Below are positions 52,499 to 61,069 of a stretch of DNA of 64,000 bases, in pieces. The position numbers were made by a program, and so were the translations under genes. Below the pieces are notes generated by a model. It searched no databases. It worked only from the letters and a program-made list of their open reading frames with translations, and had not been told where the DNA came from. This DNA comes from Candidatus Woesearchaeota archaeon (GTDB taxonomy: Archaea > Nanobdellota > Nanobdellia > Woesearchaeales > GW2011-AR4), in the NCBI GenBank assembly GCA_016181305.1, contig JACOZN010000010.1, positions 66,814 to 130,813 of the forward strand. Direction: 5' to 3'. Each line of letters opens with the position of its first letter. The stretch's first letter is position 1.

Positions 52499-53902
52499 AT
52501 GAAAGTATTGCTTGTATTGCCTCCGAATATCGGCAGGTACATAGTAGCCACTATTCCGCATGCAGGAATAGCGTATCTTGCGGCTTTTCTGGAAAGGGAT
52601 GGGCATAAGGTTGAAGTGCATGACATGAGGATTGATGCTGACGACAAGCACCTTGCAAGCAAAATCGAGAGCTTCAAGCCTGAGCTTATAGGTGTTTCTT
52701 CAGCGAGCATAGGCTATAAGATGGCTTACGAAATAATCAACTCCATTAAAAGAAGGTATCCAAATATACCTGTGGCAATGGGCGGCTCTTACGCATCCAC
52801 AGTGCATACAAAAATTCTCGAAGATACAAAGGCTGATTATACTGTGTACGGCGAAGGGGAGATGACTTTCCTGGACCTTGCTAATGGCACGGAGCCAGAC
52901 AAAATAAAAGGGCTTATATGGCGCAATAATGATGAGGTTGTAATGAATCCCCCATATCCTCCGGTAAAGGATCTGGACAGCATGCCATTCCCAAAATTCG
53001 AGAAATTCCAGCTTGACAAGATGCTTGAGAAAAGAATTCCCATAGTAAGCTCGAGAGGGTGCCCAAACAGATGCACTTTTTGCTCAATCCAGCTTGTCAT
53101 GGGCTATCCGTTCAGGTCAAGGAGCCCTGAAAATGTGCTGGAAGAGATAAAATACTGGCATAATAAAGGTTATGACACATTTGAGTTCAGCGATGACAAC
53201 TTCACATTCAACATGCCAAGGGCTGAAAAGATATGTGACTTGATAATTGAAAGCGGAATGAAGCTAAAGCTGATTTTTGGCAACGGGTTAAGGGCTGACA
53301 GGGTCAATGAAAACCTGCTTCGAAAATTAAAGGCTGCAGGCTGCATCTGGATAGGGTACGGGCTGGAGACATCAGACCTGCACAGCCTTGAACTGCTAAA
53401 AAAGGACCTTGACTTAAACCAGCTGAAATGGGCTGTGCAGGAGACAAAAAAGCTTGGCATAAGCGTGCAGGTTCATTTCATAATCGGAACACCGGGCTCT
53501 ACATTTGACACTTTTATGAGGGACATAAAATTCGCCGACAGCCTTGATCTTCATCAGGTAAGATTCTTTAACATGGTGCCTTATCCAGGAACTGAGATGT
53601 ATGAGTGGGTAAAACAAAACGGAAGGTTTTTGCACAAGCCGGATGACTACCTTAACAATCTTGATTACTGGGGAGAGGAGCCTGTCTTTGAAACTGAAGA
53701 CTTTACACGTGATGAAAGGATAAAGGCATTCCGCATTGGGCAGGACAAGGTTATGGAGCTGCATTTGAGAAGGCATTTCGGCAAAAATATTGGCAAGCTG
53801 GGCTACAAACTCTATAAAAACAGGCTTGTAAAAAAGTACGGCATGAATGCTGCAACAAAGGCATGGATTATGCTTAAAAGATTAAGGATAAAGCAACAAT
53901 GA
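52499..53902 (+). CDS. B12-binding-domain radical SAM enzyme (class B-like)
   Basis: 'MKVLLVLPP...AYLAAFLERDGHKVEVHD' is the B12-type N-domain and 'RGCPNRCTFCS' is the CxxxCxxC motif. It is a clear paralog of 50941..52365. Confidence 0.8.
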   Translation: MKVLLVLPPNIGRYIVATIPHAGIAYLAAFLERDGHKVEVHDMRIDADDKHLASKIESFKPELIGVSSASIGYKMAYEIINSIKRRYPNIPVAMGGSYASTVHTKILEDTKADYTVYGEGEMTFLDLANGTEPDKIKGLIWRNNDEVVMNPPYPPVKDLDSMPFPKFEKFQLDKMLEKRIPIVSSRGCPNRCTFCSIQLVMGYPFRSRSPENVLEEIKYWHNKGYDTFEFSDDNFTFNMPRAEKICDLIIESGMKLKLIFGNGLRADRVNENLLRKLKAAGCIWIGYGLETSDLHSLELLKKDLDLNQLKWAVQETKKLGISVQVHFIIGTPGSTFDTFMRDIKFADSLDLHQVRFFNMVPYPGTEMYEWVKQNGRFLHKPDDYLNNLDYWGEEPVFETEDFTRDERIKAFRIGQDKVMELHLRRHFGKNIGKLGYKLYKNRLVKKYGMNAATKAWIMLKRLRIKQQ

Positions 53903-53914
53903 GCATTTTGTAGT

Positions 53915-54841
53915 TTACTTCTTAAAAAACTCTATTGTTTCGGCCAAACCTTCCCTTAGCCCGATTTTAGGCTGCCATTTAAGCTCTTTTTTTGCTTTTG
54001 CTATGTCCGGGCACCTTACATGGGGGTCGTCTTTAGGCAGTGGCTTGAAGATAATTTTGCTGCTGCTTTTTGTCAATGCCTTTATCAGTTCAGCAAACTC
54101 AAGTATTGTATGCTCTTCGGGATTGCCGAGATTGACAGGCTCGTTTAAGCCTGAAATCATCAGCCTGTATATGCCGTCTATCAAATCAGTTACGTAGCAA
54201 AAGCTTCTTGTCTGGGCGCCGTCTCCATAGACGGTTATTGGCTTGCCGTTCAGCGCCTGTGTTATAAAATTAGGGACAACTCTTCCGTCATCTTTCCTCA
54301 TTCTTGGGCCATAGGTGTTGAATATTCTCACTATCTTCGTGTCAAGCCCGTGTATCCGATGGTAAGCCATTGCCAGCGCCTCTGAGAATCTCTTTGCCTC
54401 GTCATAGCAGCCCCTCACGCCGATAGGATTTACATTGCCCCAGTAGCTTTCGGGCTGCGGATTGACTAATGGGTCGCCGTAAACTTCGGATGTTGATGCA
54501 AGCATGTACTTTGCCTTTTTTGCCAATGCCAAGCCAAGAGTGTTATGGGTGCCGAGGCTGCCAACCTTCAGGGTTTGTATCGGTATTTTCTGGTAATCGG
54601 CAGGGCTTGCTGGGCTGGCAAAATGAAGCACATAATCCACTTCCCCGTTAACGGCTATGTGCTTGCTTACATCATGGTGAATGTACGTAAAATTGCTGTT
54701 TCCCCTCATATGCTCTATGTTTTTCAAGCCGCCTGTTACAAGGTTGTCCATGGCTATGACTTTGTACCCTTTGCCCAAAAGAAGCTCGCACAAATGGCTT
54801 CCGATAAACCCAGCTCCGCCTGTAACCAATGCTGTTTTCAT
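53915..54841 (-). CDS. UDP-glucuronate decarboxylase (UDP-xylose synthase, UXS-type SDR)
   Basis: '[15 protein letters not shown]', '[12 protein letters not shown]', '[27 protein letters not shown]' and '[13 protein letters not shown]' closely match the UXS consensus. Confidence 0.85.
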   Translation of the reverse strand: MKTALVTGGAGFIGSHLCELLLGKGYKVIAMDNLVTGGLKNIEHMRGNSNFTYIHHDVSKHIAVNGEVDYVLHFASPASPADYQKIPIQTLKVGSLGTHNTLGLALAKKAKYMLASTSEVYGDPLVNPQPESYWGNVNPIGVRGCYDEAKRFSEALAMAYHRIHGLDTKIVRIFNTYGPRMRKDDGRVVPNFITQALNGKPITVYGDGAQTRSFCYVTDLIDGIYRLMISGLNEPVNLGNPEEHTILEFAELIKALTKSSSKIIFKPLPKDDPHVRCPDIAKAKKELKWQPKIGLREGLAETIEFFKK

Positions 54842-54847
54842 TTCAGT

Positions 54848-55579
54848 TTATTCCCTGTAATGCCTGTCTGCTTTCTTCAGCTGCTCAATGCTTCCTATGT
54901 CATACCACTTCTTGTCAGTCACGTATGAGTGCACAATGTCTCTCTTGTGCAGCCATTCTATAAAACTGCCGGTCTTGTCAGGGTTGTTGCCCTGTGCAAT
55001 GTATTTGCTTATTAACTGTATTGTTTTTTTCGGGAAAATGTATATCCCTGTGGATGCAAGCGTGGATTTCGGAGAGAGCGGCTTTTCCTCAAAATTCACA
55101 ACAACGCTGCCGTCAATTTCGACAATGCCATAATGCCTTGCCAGCTCAAAGTCCTTAACGTCGTGAAGCACTATGACATTCGACTTTCTCTTCCTAAAAA
55201 AATTGAAAACATCAGCCAGCGACAGCTCAAAAAGGTTGTCGCCCGCCACTATTATTATGTCATCTTTAATATCCTTTGAATTTATTGTGTAATATACGTC
55301 ACCCAAGGCTCCCAGCCTGTCCTCGTTGCTCTTGGTTCCGTCATTTACAATTTCAATGGGCTTTTCAGAGCCGAAGCCCTGAAGCCATTTTTTGAAATGC
55401 TGCTCGAACTTGCTGTTTGTAACTATGTAGATTTTGCCGATGGACGCAATCTGCTCCAGTTTCCTTATTATGTGCGCTATTATTGGCTTGCCTGCCACGC
55501 TCAGCAGCGGCTTCGGCATGTTTTCCGTCAATGGATACAGCCTTGTTGCATAGCCTGCAGCCAGTATTATCGCATCCAT
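54848..55579 (-). CDS. Sugar-1-phosphate nucleotidyltransferase (glucose-1-phosphate uridylyl/thymidylyltransferase-like)
   Basis: 'MDAIILAAGYATRLYPLTENMPKPLL' is the G-x-G-T-R-L signature. Confidence 0.8.
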   Translation of the reverse strand: MDAIILAAGYATRLYPLTENMPKPLLSVAGKPIIAHIIRKLEQIASIGKIYIVTNSKFEQHFKKWLQGFGSEKPIEIVNDGTKSNEDRLGALGDVYYTINSKDIKDDIIIVAGDNLFELSLADVFNFFRKRKSNVIVLHDVKDFELARHYGIVEIDGSVVVNFEEKPLSPKSTLASTGIYIFPKKTIQLISKYIAQGNNPDKTGSFIEWLHKRDIVHSYVTDKKWYDIGSIEQLKKADRHYRE

Positions 55580-56881
55580 TTACAGCACTTCCTTTCTTCC
55601 TATGCTTATGTAGACAAAGCCTTCCTTCCTCATCTCTTCAGGATTGTAAATGTTTCTTCCGTCTATAATCAGGGGATGCTTCATTAGCGGCTTTATCCTC
55701 TTCAAGTCCAGCTCCTTAAACTCTTTCCATTCCGTAAGGATTACCAATGCGTCAGAGCCTGCTGCAGCCTCATATGGGCTGTTGCAGTAAGTTATTCCAT
55801 TGAAAATCTGCCCTGCCTTCTGCATTGCCTCTGGATCATAAGCTTTTATTTTTGCACCTTCTTTCTGCAGCTGGGATATGATGTCTATTGAAGGCGCCAG
55901 CCTCATATCGTCTGTATTTGGCTTGAAAGCCAGCCCCAGAACGCCGATTGTCTTGCCCTTGACAACCCACAATGCCTTTTCTATCTTTTTCATGAAATTA
56001 TCCCTTTGGGCATTGTTGATTTCCTGGACTGCCTTAAGCAGCCTGAAATCATAGCCAAACTTCTCAGCTATCCTGACAAATGCATCAACATCTTTCGGAA
56101 AGCAGGAGCCTCCGTAGCCTATCCCGGCATTCAGAAAAGACCTGCCTATCCTCTTGTCAAAGCCCATCCCTTCAGAAACCTTCTCAATATCAGCGCCTGC
56201 CAGCTCGCAGATGTTTGCGATAGCATTGATGAATGATATCTTTGCAGCTAAAAATGAGTTCGAGGCGTGCTTTATGATCTCGGCGCTTTTTATGTCCGTA
56301 AAAATAATAGGGGCGTTTAAAGGGGAATACAGCTCTTTCATCACATTTCTTGACCTTTCATTTTCGCATCCTATGACTACCCGGTCAGGGTGCATGAAAT
56401 CGTTAACAGCGCTGCCTTCCCTCAGGAACTCCGGGTTGCTGACAACATCAAAATCCGCCTTATGCACATTATACGCCCTTATGGTCCTTGCAACCTTTTC
56501 CCCGGTTTCGACAGGGACTGTGCTCTTCTCGACAATAACCTTGTACGAGTCCATCGCCTCTGCTATTGCCCTTGCAACGTTCTCAACATAGCTCAGGTCA
56601 GCCTCACCGTTTTCCTTTGGGGGGGTGCCGACGCATATAAAAACCACACCGCATTCTTTGATGGACTTTTTCAGGTCGGATGTGAATTCCAGCCTGCCGG
56701 CTTTTTTGTTATTTGCAACAAGCCCGTCCAAGCCGGGCTCGTATATCGGTATTATGCCCTTGTTCAGGCTTTTTATCTTTTCCTCGTCTATGTCGACGCA
56801 AACAACCTCGTTGCCCAAGTCGGCAAGGCACGTGCCTGTAACCAGGCCCACGTAGCCCGTCCCCACAACTGCAATTTTCAT
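55580..56881 (-). CDS. ugd: UDP-glucose (or UDP-N-acetylhexosamine) 6-dehydrogenase
   Basis: 'MKIAVVGTGYVGLVTGTCLA' and 'GYGGSCFPKDV' (catalytic Cys). The track start at 56893 is TTG, and ATG 56881 sits 23 nt downstream of a TATA box. Confidence 0.85.
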   Translation of the reverse strand: MKIAVVGTGYVGLVTGTCLADLGNEVVCVDIDEEKIKSLNKGIIPIYEPGLDGLVANNKKAGRLEFTSDLKKSIKECGVVFICVGTPPKENGEADLSYVENVARAIAEAMDSYKVIVEKSTVPVETGEKVARTIRAYNVHKADFDVVSNPEFLREGSAVNDFMHPDRVVIGCENERSRNVMKELYSPLNAPIIFTDIKSAEIIKHASNSFLAAKISFINAIANICELAGADIEKVSEGMGFDKRIGRSFLNAGIGYGGSCFPKDVDAFVRIAEKFGYDFRLLKAVQEINNAQRDNFMKKIEKALWVVKGKTIGVLGLAFKPNTDDMRLAPSIDIISQLQKEGAKIKAYDPEAMQKAGQIFNGITYCNSPYEAAAGSDALVILTEWKEFKELDLKRIKPLMKHPLIIDGRNIYNPEEMRKEGFVYISIGRKEVL

Positions 56882-56903
56882 AGGCTTTTGCAAAGCAAAG
56901 CAG

Positions 56904-56913
56904 ATTTAAATAT
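56904..56913 (-). promoter_or_regulatory. TATA box (ATATTTAAAT on the minus strand) for the ugd operon
   Basis: It lies 23 nt upstream of ATG 56881. Confidence 0.5.
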
Positions 56914-56976
56914 CTTACTATTATCCTACTTTATACTACTCCCTAAAAATGGCGAAATAAAATCGCAAACAACAAA

Positions 56977-56985
56977 ATATATAAA
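56977..56985 (+). promoter_or_regulatory. TATA box ATATATAAA for the 57008 gene
   Basis: It ends 23 nt upstream of ATG 57008. Confidence 0.5.
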
Positions 56986-57007
56986 CAAAACTTCCCTAGT
57001 TTTTATT

Positions 57008-57883
57008 ATGGAAACGAGGGACAAAATTCTTGAAATTGTAAAGGCAAAAGGGCCTGTGCTTCCTGTGCAGGTCTCAAAGGAGATAGGAAGCAACATACTG
57101 ATGGCATCTGCCCATCTGGCTGAGCTTACTGCAAGCGGCAAGCTTAAAATATCGCACATAAAGGTAGGCGGCTCCCCGCTTTACTATCTTTCAGGGCAGG
57201 AAGAAATGCTCCAGAAATTCACAGGCAACATGAACGACAAGGAAAAAAAGGCTTATGATTTGCTGAGCCAGAGCACGGTTTTGAGAGATTCGGAGCAGGA
57301 GCCTGTTGTAAGAGTTGCATTAAGGGAGATAAAGGATTTTGCGCTGCCACTCAATGTAAATTACAACAACAATAAAGAGATATTCTGGAAGTGGCATATG
57401 ACGAGCAATGACGAGGCAGAGCAGCTTATTAAACAAAAACTGGAAATTTCAGAAAAACCCCCTGAGAAAAAGGCTGAGGAAGCCAAAGAGCAGAAAATTG
57501 AGGAAAAACAAGCCCAAAAACAGCTGAAAGAAAAGTCAAAAGAGCCAAGAAGATACAAGCCAAGGGAAAGGGAGGATATTTTTTTGAGGGATTTGACTAG
57601 GTTCTTTGAGAGGAACAAAGTAAATATTGTGAGCAGCGAGACTATTAAAAAAAATTCAGAGATAGACTTTATTGTGGAAATCCCGAGCGTTGTCGGGAAC
57701 CTGCAGTACTACTGCAAGGCAAAAAACAAGAAAAGGATAAATGACTCTGACTTAAGCAATGCTTACGTGAAAGGGCAGCTGAAGAGGCTGCCTGTCATCT
57801 TCCTGTCCCAGGGGGAATTAAGCGCGAAAGCCCAGGAGATGATCGGGAAAGAGCTGAGCAATTTAACTTTCAAGAAGATATAA
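57008..57883 (+). CDS. Winged-helix protein (tandem wH-like N-terminus), Lys/Glu-rich linker, small C-terminal alpha/beta domain; function unknown
   Basis: 'METRDKILEIVKAKGPVLPVQVSKEIGSNILMASAHLAELTASGKLKI' is wH-like, followed by the charged 'EKPPEKKAEEAKEQKIEEKQAQKQLKEKSKE'. The track ORF (56390..) is an antisense extension into ugd. The ATG at 57008 fits the TATA spacing. Confidence 0.55.
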   Translation: METRDKILEIVKAKGPVLPVQVSKEIGSNILMASAHLAELTASGKLKISHIKVGGSPLYYLSGQEEMLQKFTGNMNDKEKKAYDLLSQSTVLRDSEQEPVVRVALREIKDFALPLNVNYNNNKEIFWKWHMTSNDEAEQLIKQKLEISEKPPEKKAEEAKEQKIEEKQAQKQLKEKSKEPRRYKPREREDIFLRDLTRFFERNKVNIVSSETIKKNSEIDFIVEIPSVVGNLQYYCKAKNKKRINDSDLSNAYVKGQLKRLPVIFLSQGELSAKAQEMIGKELSNLTFKKI

Positions 57884-57884
57884 A

Positions 57885-58922
57885 ATGGGAGTAGCCTTAA
57901 CAGAATTGCTGATTATAAAGGAGACGAGCCTGGAGCATCTTCAGAATAAAATTCTGGCGGTTGATGCCTCAATGTGGCTTTACCAGTTCCTGAGCTCTAT
58001 AAGGCAGCGTGACGGAGCTCTTCTGATGGACTCCAAAGGAAAGGTCACATCACATTTAATGGGATTGATGACAAGAATTTCGAACTTGTCACAACAAAGC
58101 ATAAAGCTTGCTTTCGTCTTTGACGGCGAGCCGCCCAAGCTTAAGCATCTGACTCTTGAGAAGAGGAAAGAAATAAAGATTGAGGCAGAGAAAAAGTTTG
58201 AGAAAGCAAAGGAGAAGGAAGACACGGAGCTTATGAGGAAATATGCCTCAAGAACCTCAAGGCTTACAGACGGAATGGTAGAAGAGGCAAAAAGGCTTGT
58301 GGAGGCTTTTGGGCTGCCTGTGATAGAAGCGCCTTCTGAGGCAGAGGCCCAGGCATCATTGATTGTAAAAAATGGCGACGCTTTTGCGCTTGCAACAAAC
58401 GACGCAGACTCGCTGCTTTTTGAGGCTCCAAGGATTGTTAGGAACCTGAATATGGCAGGCAGGAGGAAGAAAACGAATAAACTGAGCTTTGATACAATAA
58501 AGCCCGACATGGTAGTCCTGGAGGAAAATCTAAAGCATCTTGGCATTGGCCAGGAGCAGCTGATTGCGCTGGCAATGCTGATAGGGACAGACTACAACTC
58601 GGGAGGCATAAGGGGGATCGGGCCGAAAACTGCATTGAAGCTTGTCAGGGAGCACGGCTCAAATTTTGAAAAGCTGTTCGCAGAGGCAAAATGGGATGAT
58701 TTTTTTGATTTTTCATGGAGAGAAGTGTTAGAGCTTATAAAGAACATGCCAGTTGACAGGCACTATAAACTTGAATGGAAGAGTGCAGACGAAGACAAAA
58801 TAATGAAGCTTCTTGTGGACGGGCATGACTTCTCTGAAGAAAGGGTAAAAAGCCAGATTGAAGGCTTGGCTAAAAACAGGCTGCAGAAAACCCAAAAGGG
58901 ATTGGGCGATTTTCTCGGGTAG
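57885..58922 (+). CDS. fen1: Flap endonuclease 1
   Basis: 'MGVALTELL...LAVDASMWLYQFLSSIRQRDGALLMDSKGKVTSHLMGL' (XPG-N), 'VIEAPSEAEAQAS' (XPG-I) and 'IGTDYNSGGIRGIGPKTALKL' (H3TH). Confidence 0.9.
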   Translation: MGVALTELLIIKETSLEHLQNKILAVDASMWLYQFLSSIRQRDGALLMDSKGKVTSHLMGLMTRISNLSQQSIKLAFVFDGEPPKLKHLTLEKRKEIKIEAEKKFEKAKEKEDTELMRKYASRTSRLTDGMVEEAKRLVEAFGLPVIEAPSEAEAQASLIVKNGDAFALATNDADSLLFEAPRIVRNLNMAGRRKKTNKLSFDTIKPDMVVLEENLKHLGIGQEQLIALAMLIGTDYNSGGIRGIGPKTALKLVREHGSNFEKLFAEAKWDDFFDFSWREVLELIKNMPVDRHYKLEWKSADEDKIMKLLVDGHDFSEERVKSQIEGLAKNRLQKTQKGLGDFLG

Positions 58923-58947
58923 GCTTTTGGTTATGCATGCAAAAATA

Positions 58948-59772
58948 TCATGCCTTCACTTTTCTGAACAGGTAGTGGTTATTGCCGAGCAGATTCCTTT
59001 CATCAACTATGTAGACGTTTACAAGCTGCAGGTTAAGCTTCCTTGTGCAGAAATCAAAGACTTCCTGGGGATGGGCAAACTCGTAAGGCAGCCCGCCAAG
59101 CCAGTCTATGACATCGTGCCTGAATGACATTCCCCTGTTCAACGTGCTGCTTTCTTTCTCGAGTATTATTCTGAATGGATTCCTGAGCTGCAGTATATTC
59201 TTCAGGAAAAAGCTTCCTATGACTGCATATTCGAGAGATTTCTTAAAAATAAACGGCGACAGATTGTATAGTTTCTTGAGCCTCAGCTGGCTCTTCGAGC
59301 CCCTAAGCCCTGTCTTTTTGTTGTAGATTGCAAAATAAAAATAGCCATTGTCCTTAAGCCTGCCTGCCGCGTTCTCAATCGCTTCCCACATTTTTCCCGT
59401 ATGGTGGAAAACGCCGAACGCATATACAATGTCAGCCTTCGGGAGCCCTGCAAGAAAATTCTTGTCAAGGGCAGAGCCGTGATATACCTCCCAGTTGCCG
59501 GGGTTTGATTCTTTGCTTCTCAGGTATTTGCAGCACTTGACTGAATGGGGGTCGATGTCAAAGCTGATGACTTTTTTTGCGCCAAGCTTGAAAGCGCTTA
59601 AAGAAAAAATTCCTGAGCCGCATCCCACATCCAGAAATATTTTGCCTTTTAAGTTCTTGATGCCGAAAAAGCCCATTATTGACTTCTTGGCTATCTCCAG
59701 GCGCTTCTGGTTAAAAGACTCTGCAACGTAGCTTTCCCAGTTTTTCCCGAACGAAAAAGTCACTTTTTCCAT
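58948..59772 (-). CDS. Class I SAM-dependent methyltransferase
   Basis: 'FLDVGCGSGIFSLSAFKLGAKKVISFDID' and 'ADIVYAFGVFHH'. The track start at 59790 is TTG, and ATG 59772 is 24 nt from the shared TATA box. Confidence 0.7.
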   Translation of the reverse strand: MEKVTFSFGKNWESYVAESFNQKRLEIAKKSIMGFFGIKNLKGKIFLDVGCGSGIFSLSAFKLGAKKVISFDIDPHSVKCCKYLRSKESNPGNWEVYHGSALDKNFLAGLPKADIVYAFGVFHHTGKMWEAIENAAGRLKDNGYFYFAIYNKKTGLRGSKSQLRLKKLYNLSPFIFKKSLEYAVIGSFFLKNILQLRNPFRIILEKESSTLNRGMSFRHDVIDWLGGLPYEFAHPQEVFDFCTRKLNLQLVNVYIVDERNLLGNNHYLFRKVKA

Positions 59773-59795
59773 TGAGGCGCGCTTCACCAATAAAC

Positions 59796-59805
59796 TATTT
59801 AAATA
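59796..59805. promoter_or_regulatory. Perfectly palindromic TATA element TATTTAAATA shared by two divergent genes
   Basis: It lies 21 nt from the plus-strand ATG 59826 and 24 nt from the minus-strand ATG 59772. The whole intergenic region is 53 bp. Confidence 0.5.
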
Positions 59806-59825
59806 TATTGATTTCCGGAAATTAT

Positions 59826-61037
59826 ATGGAAAAGATAAAAGTGCTGGCTCTGATAGGCTCCTTCCCCACGAAAATTAATCCTAGCGCTGCAATTTTCGTG
59901 CTTAACCAGCTGGAGCACATGAAAAAACACTGCCAGTTCAAGGTTGTCGTGCCATACGCCTATGTGCCGAATTTCAAGCATGTTAACCCGTTCTACAGGT
60001 TCTCAAAAATCCCTTTAATCGAGGACATCAGCGGCATAGAGGTTTACAGGCCAAGGTACCTGCAAATTTCAAGGTTTTTCCTATTTAGCCCTATTTTAAG
60101 GAGCGCGGCAATGCTCATTGAAACAGCAAATATTTATCTCTCGGCAATCTCTGTCGTGAAAAATATTGAAAAAAAATGGAAATTTGACGTAATACACATC
60201 CACGGCCCCATATCAGAGGGCGTGCTCGGGGTATCGGCAAAAAGAATGTACAAAAAGCCCTTGGCCATAACTTTCCACGGCGAGGATGCCACGATACTTT
60301 CAAAAATGGGGCTTTTAAAATTTGTTTGCAGAAGAACCCTGAAAAACTGCGATGCATTCATATTTGTGACAGGCTACCTGCAAAAAGCCCTTGGCCAGAA
60401 ACTGCCTGGCGAAAAGGTGGCTATCATACCAAGCGGCTATATGGTAAGCAGGTTCAAGCCCATGGGCAGGGAAAAATGCGCCAAAAGGCTCGGGCTGCCA
60501 AAGCGCAGAAAGACAATTATTTTTGTCGGCGGCTTTACCGAAAGGAAGGGAGTTGAATATCTGCTCAAAGCTGTGGGAATAGCATCAAAACAGGGCAATG
60601 ATATAACGTGCCTGATGGTGGGCGGCGGGAAGCTCATGAAAAAGCTGCAAAGTCTTGCGCAGAATCTTGGAATTGGGGGCAATGTGATTTTTGCAGGCTA
60701 CAGGGCTCCCGATGAAGTCCCTCTATGGATCAATGCGTCTGATTTGCTTGTGCTGCCAAGCCTTGACGAGGGGCTTCCGAATGTTGTTGTTGAGGCTCTT
60801 GCATGCGGCAAGCCTGTTGTTGCAACAAATGTAGGGGGCATTCCTGATGTTGTCAATGATGATGTGGGCTATCTTGTCAGGCCAAAGGACGAGAATGAGC
60901 TTGCCAAGAAGATAATTATGGCTCTTGAAAGGAAGTGGGACAGGAAGAAACTGATGAGGAGAGCCAGGCAGTTCAGCGTGGCAAAATCAGCAAAGAAATT
61001 GGTGGACGTTTACAAAAATATGCTTAAAATACGGTAA
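59826..61037 (+). CDS. GT4-family (GT-B) glycosyltransferase
   Basis: 'MEKIKVLALIGSFP', and 'EGLPNVVVEALACGKPVVATNVGGIPDVV' is the E-x7-E region. The track start at 59772 is TTG. Confidence 0.8.
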   Translation: MEKIKVLALIGSFPTKINPSAAIFVLNQLEHMKKHCQFKVVVPYAYVPNFKHVNPFYRFSKIPLIEDISGIEVYRPRYLQISRFFLFSPILRSAAMLIETANIYLSAISVVKNIEKKWKFDVIHIHGPISEGVLGVSAKRMYKKPLAITFHGEDATILSKMGLLKFVCRRTLKNCDAFIFVTGYLQKALGQKLPGEKVAIIPSGYMVSRFKPMGREKCAKRLGLPKRRKTIIFVGGFTERKGVEYLLKAVGIASKQGNDITCLMVGGGKLMKKLQSLAQNLGIGGNVIFAGYRAPDEVPLWINASDLLVLPSLDEGLPNVVVEALACGKPVVATNVGGIPDVVNDDVGYLVRPKDENELAKKIIMALERKWDRKKLMRRARQFSVAKSAKKLVDVYKNMLKIR

Positions 61038-61069
61038 AAACCAAGAAACGTGGAATTTCTTTAATTAAG

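Noticed and set aside
48399-53902. RiPP biosynthetic cluster interpretation of the three radical SAM genes
   Set aside because: No plausible precursor-peptide ORF, protease, transporter or RiPP recognition element gene was seen nearby. The neighbours are sugar-nucleotide enzymes, and no SPASM-type extra Cys clusters were noticed.
56390-57007. N-terminal 206-codon extension of the track ORF 56390..57883
   Set aside because: The extension is antisense to ugd and Cys/His/Leu-rich. A TATA box at 56977-56985 places the real start at ATG 57008 (METRDKILE...).
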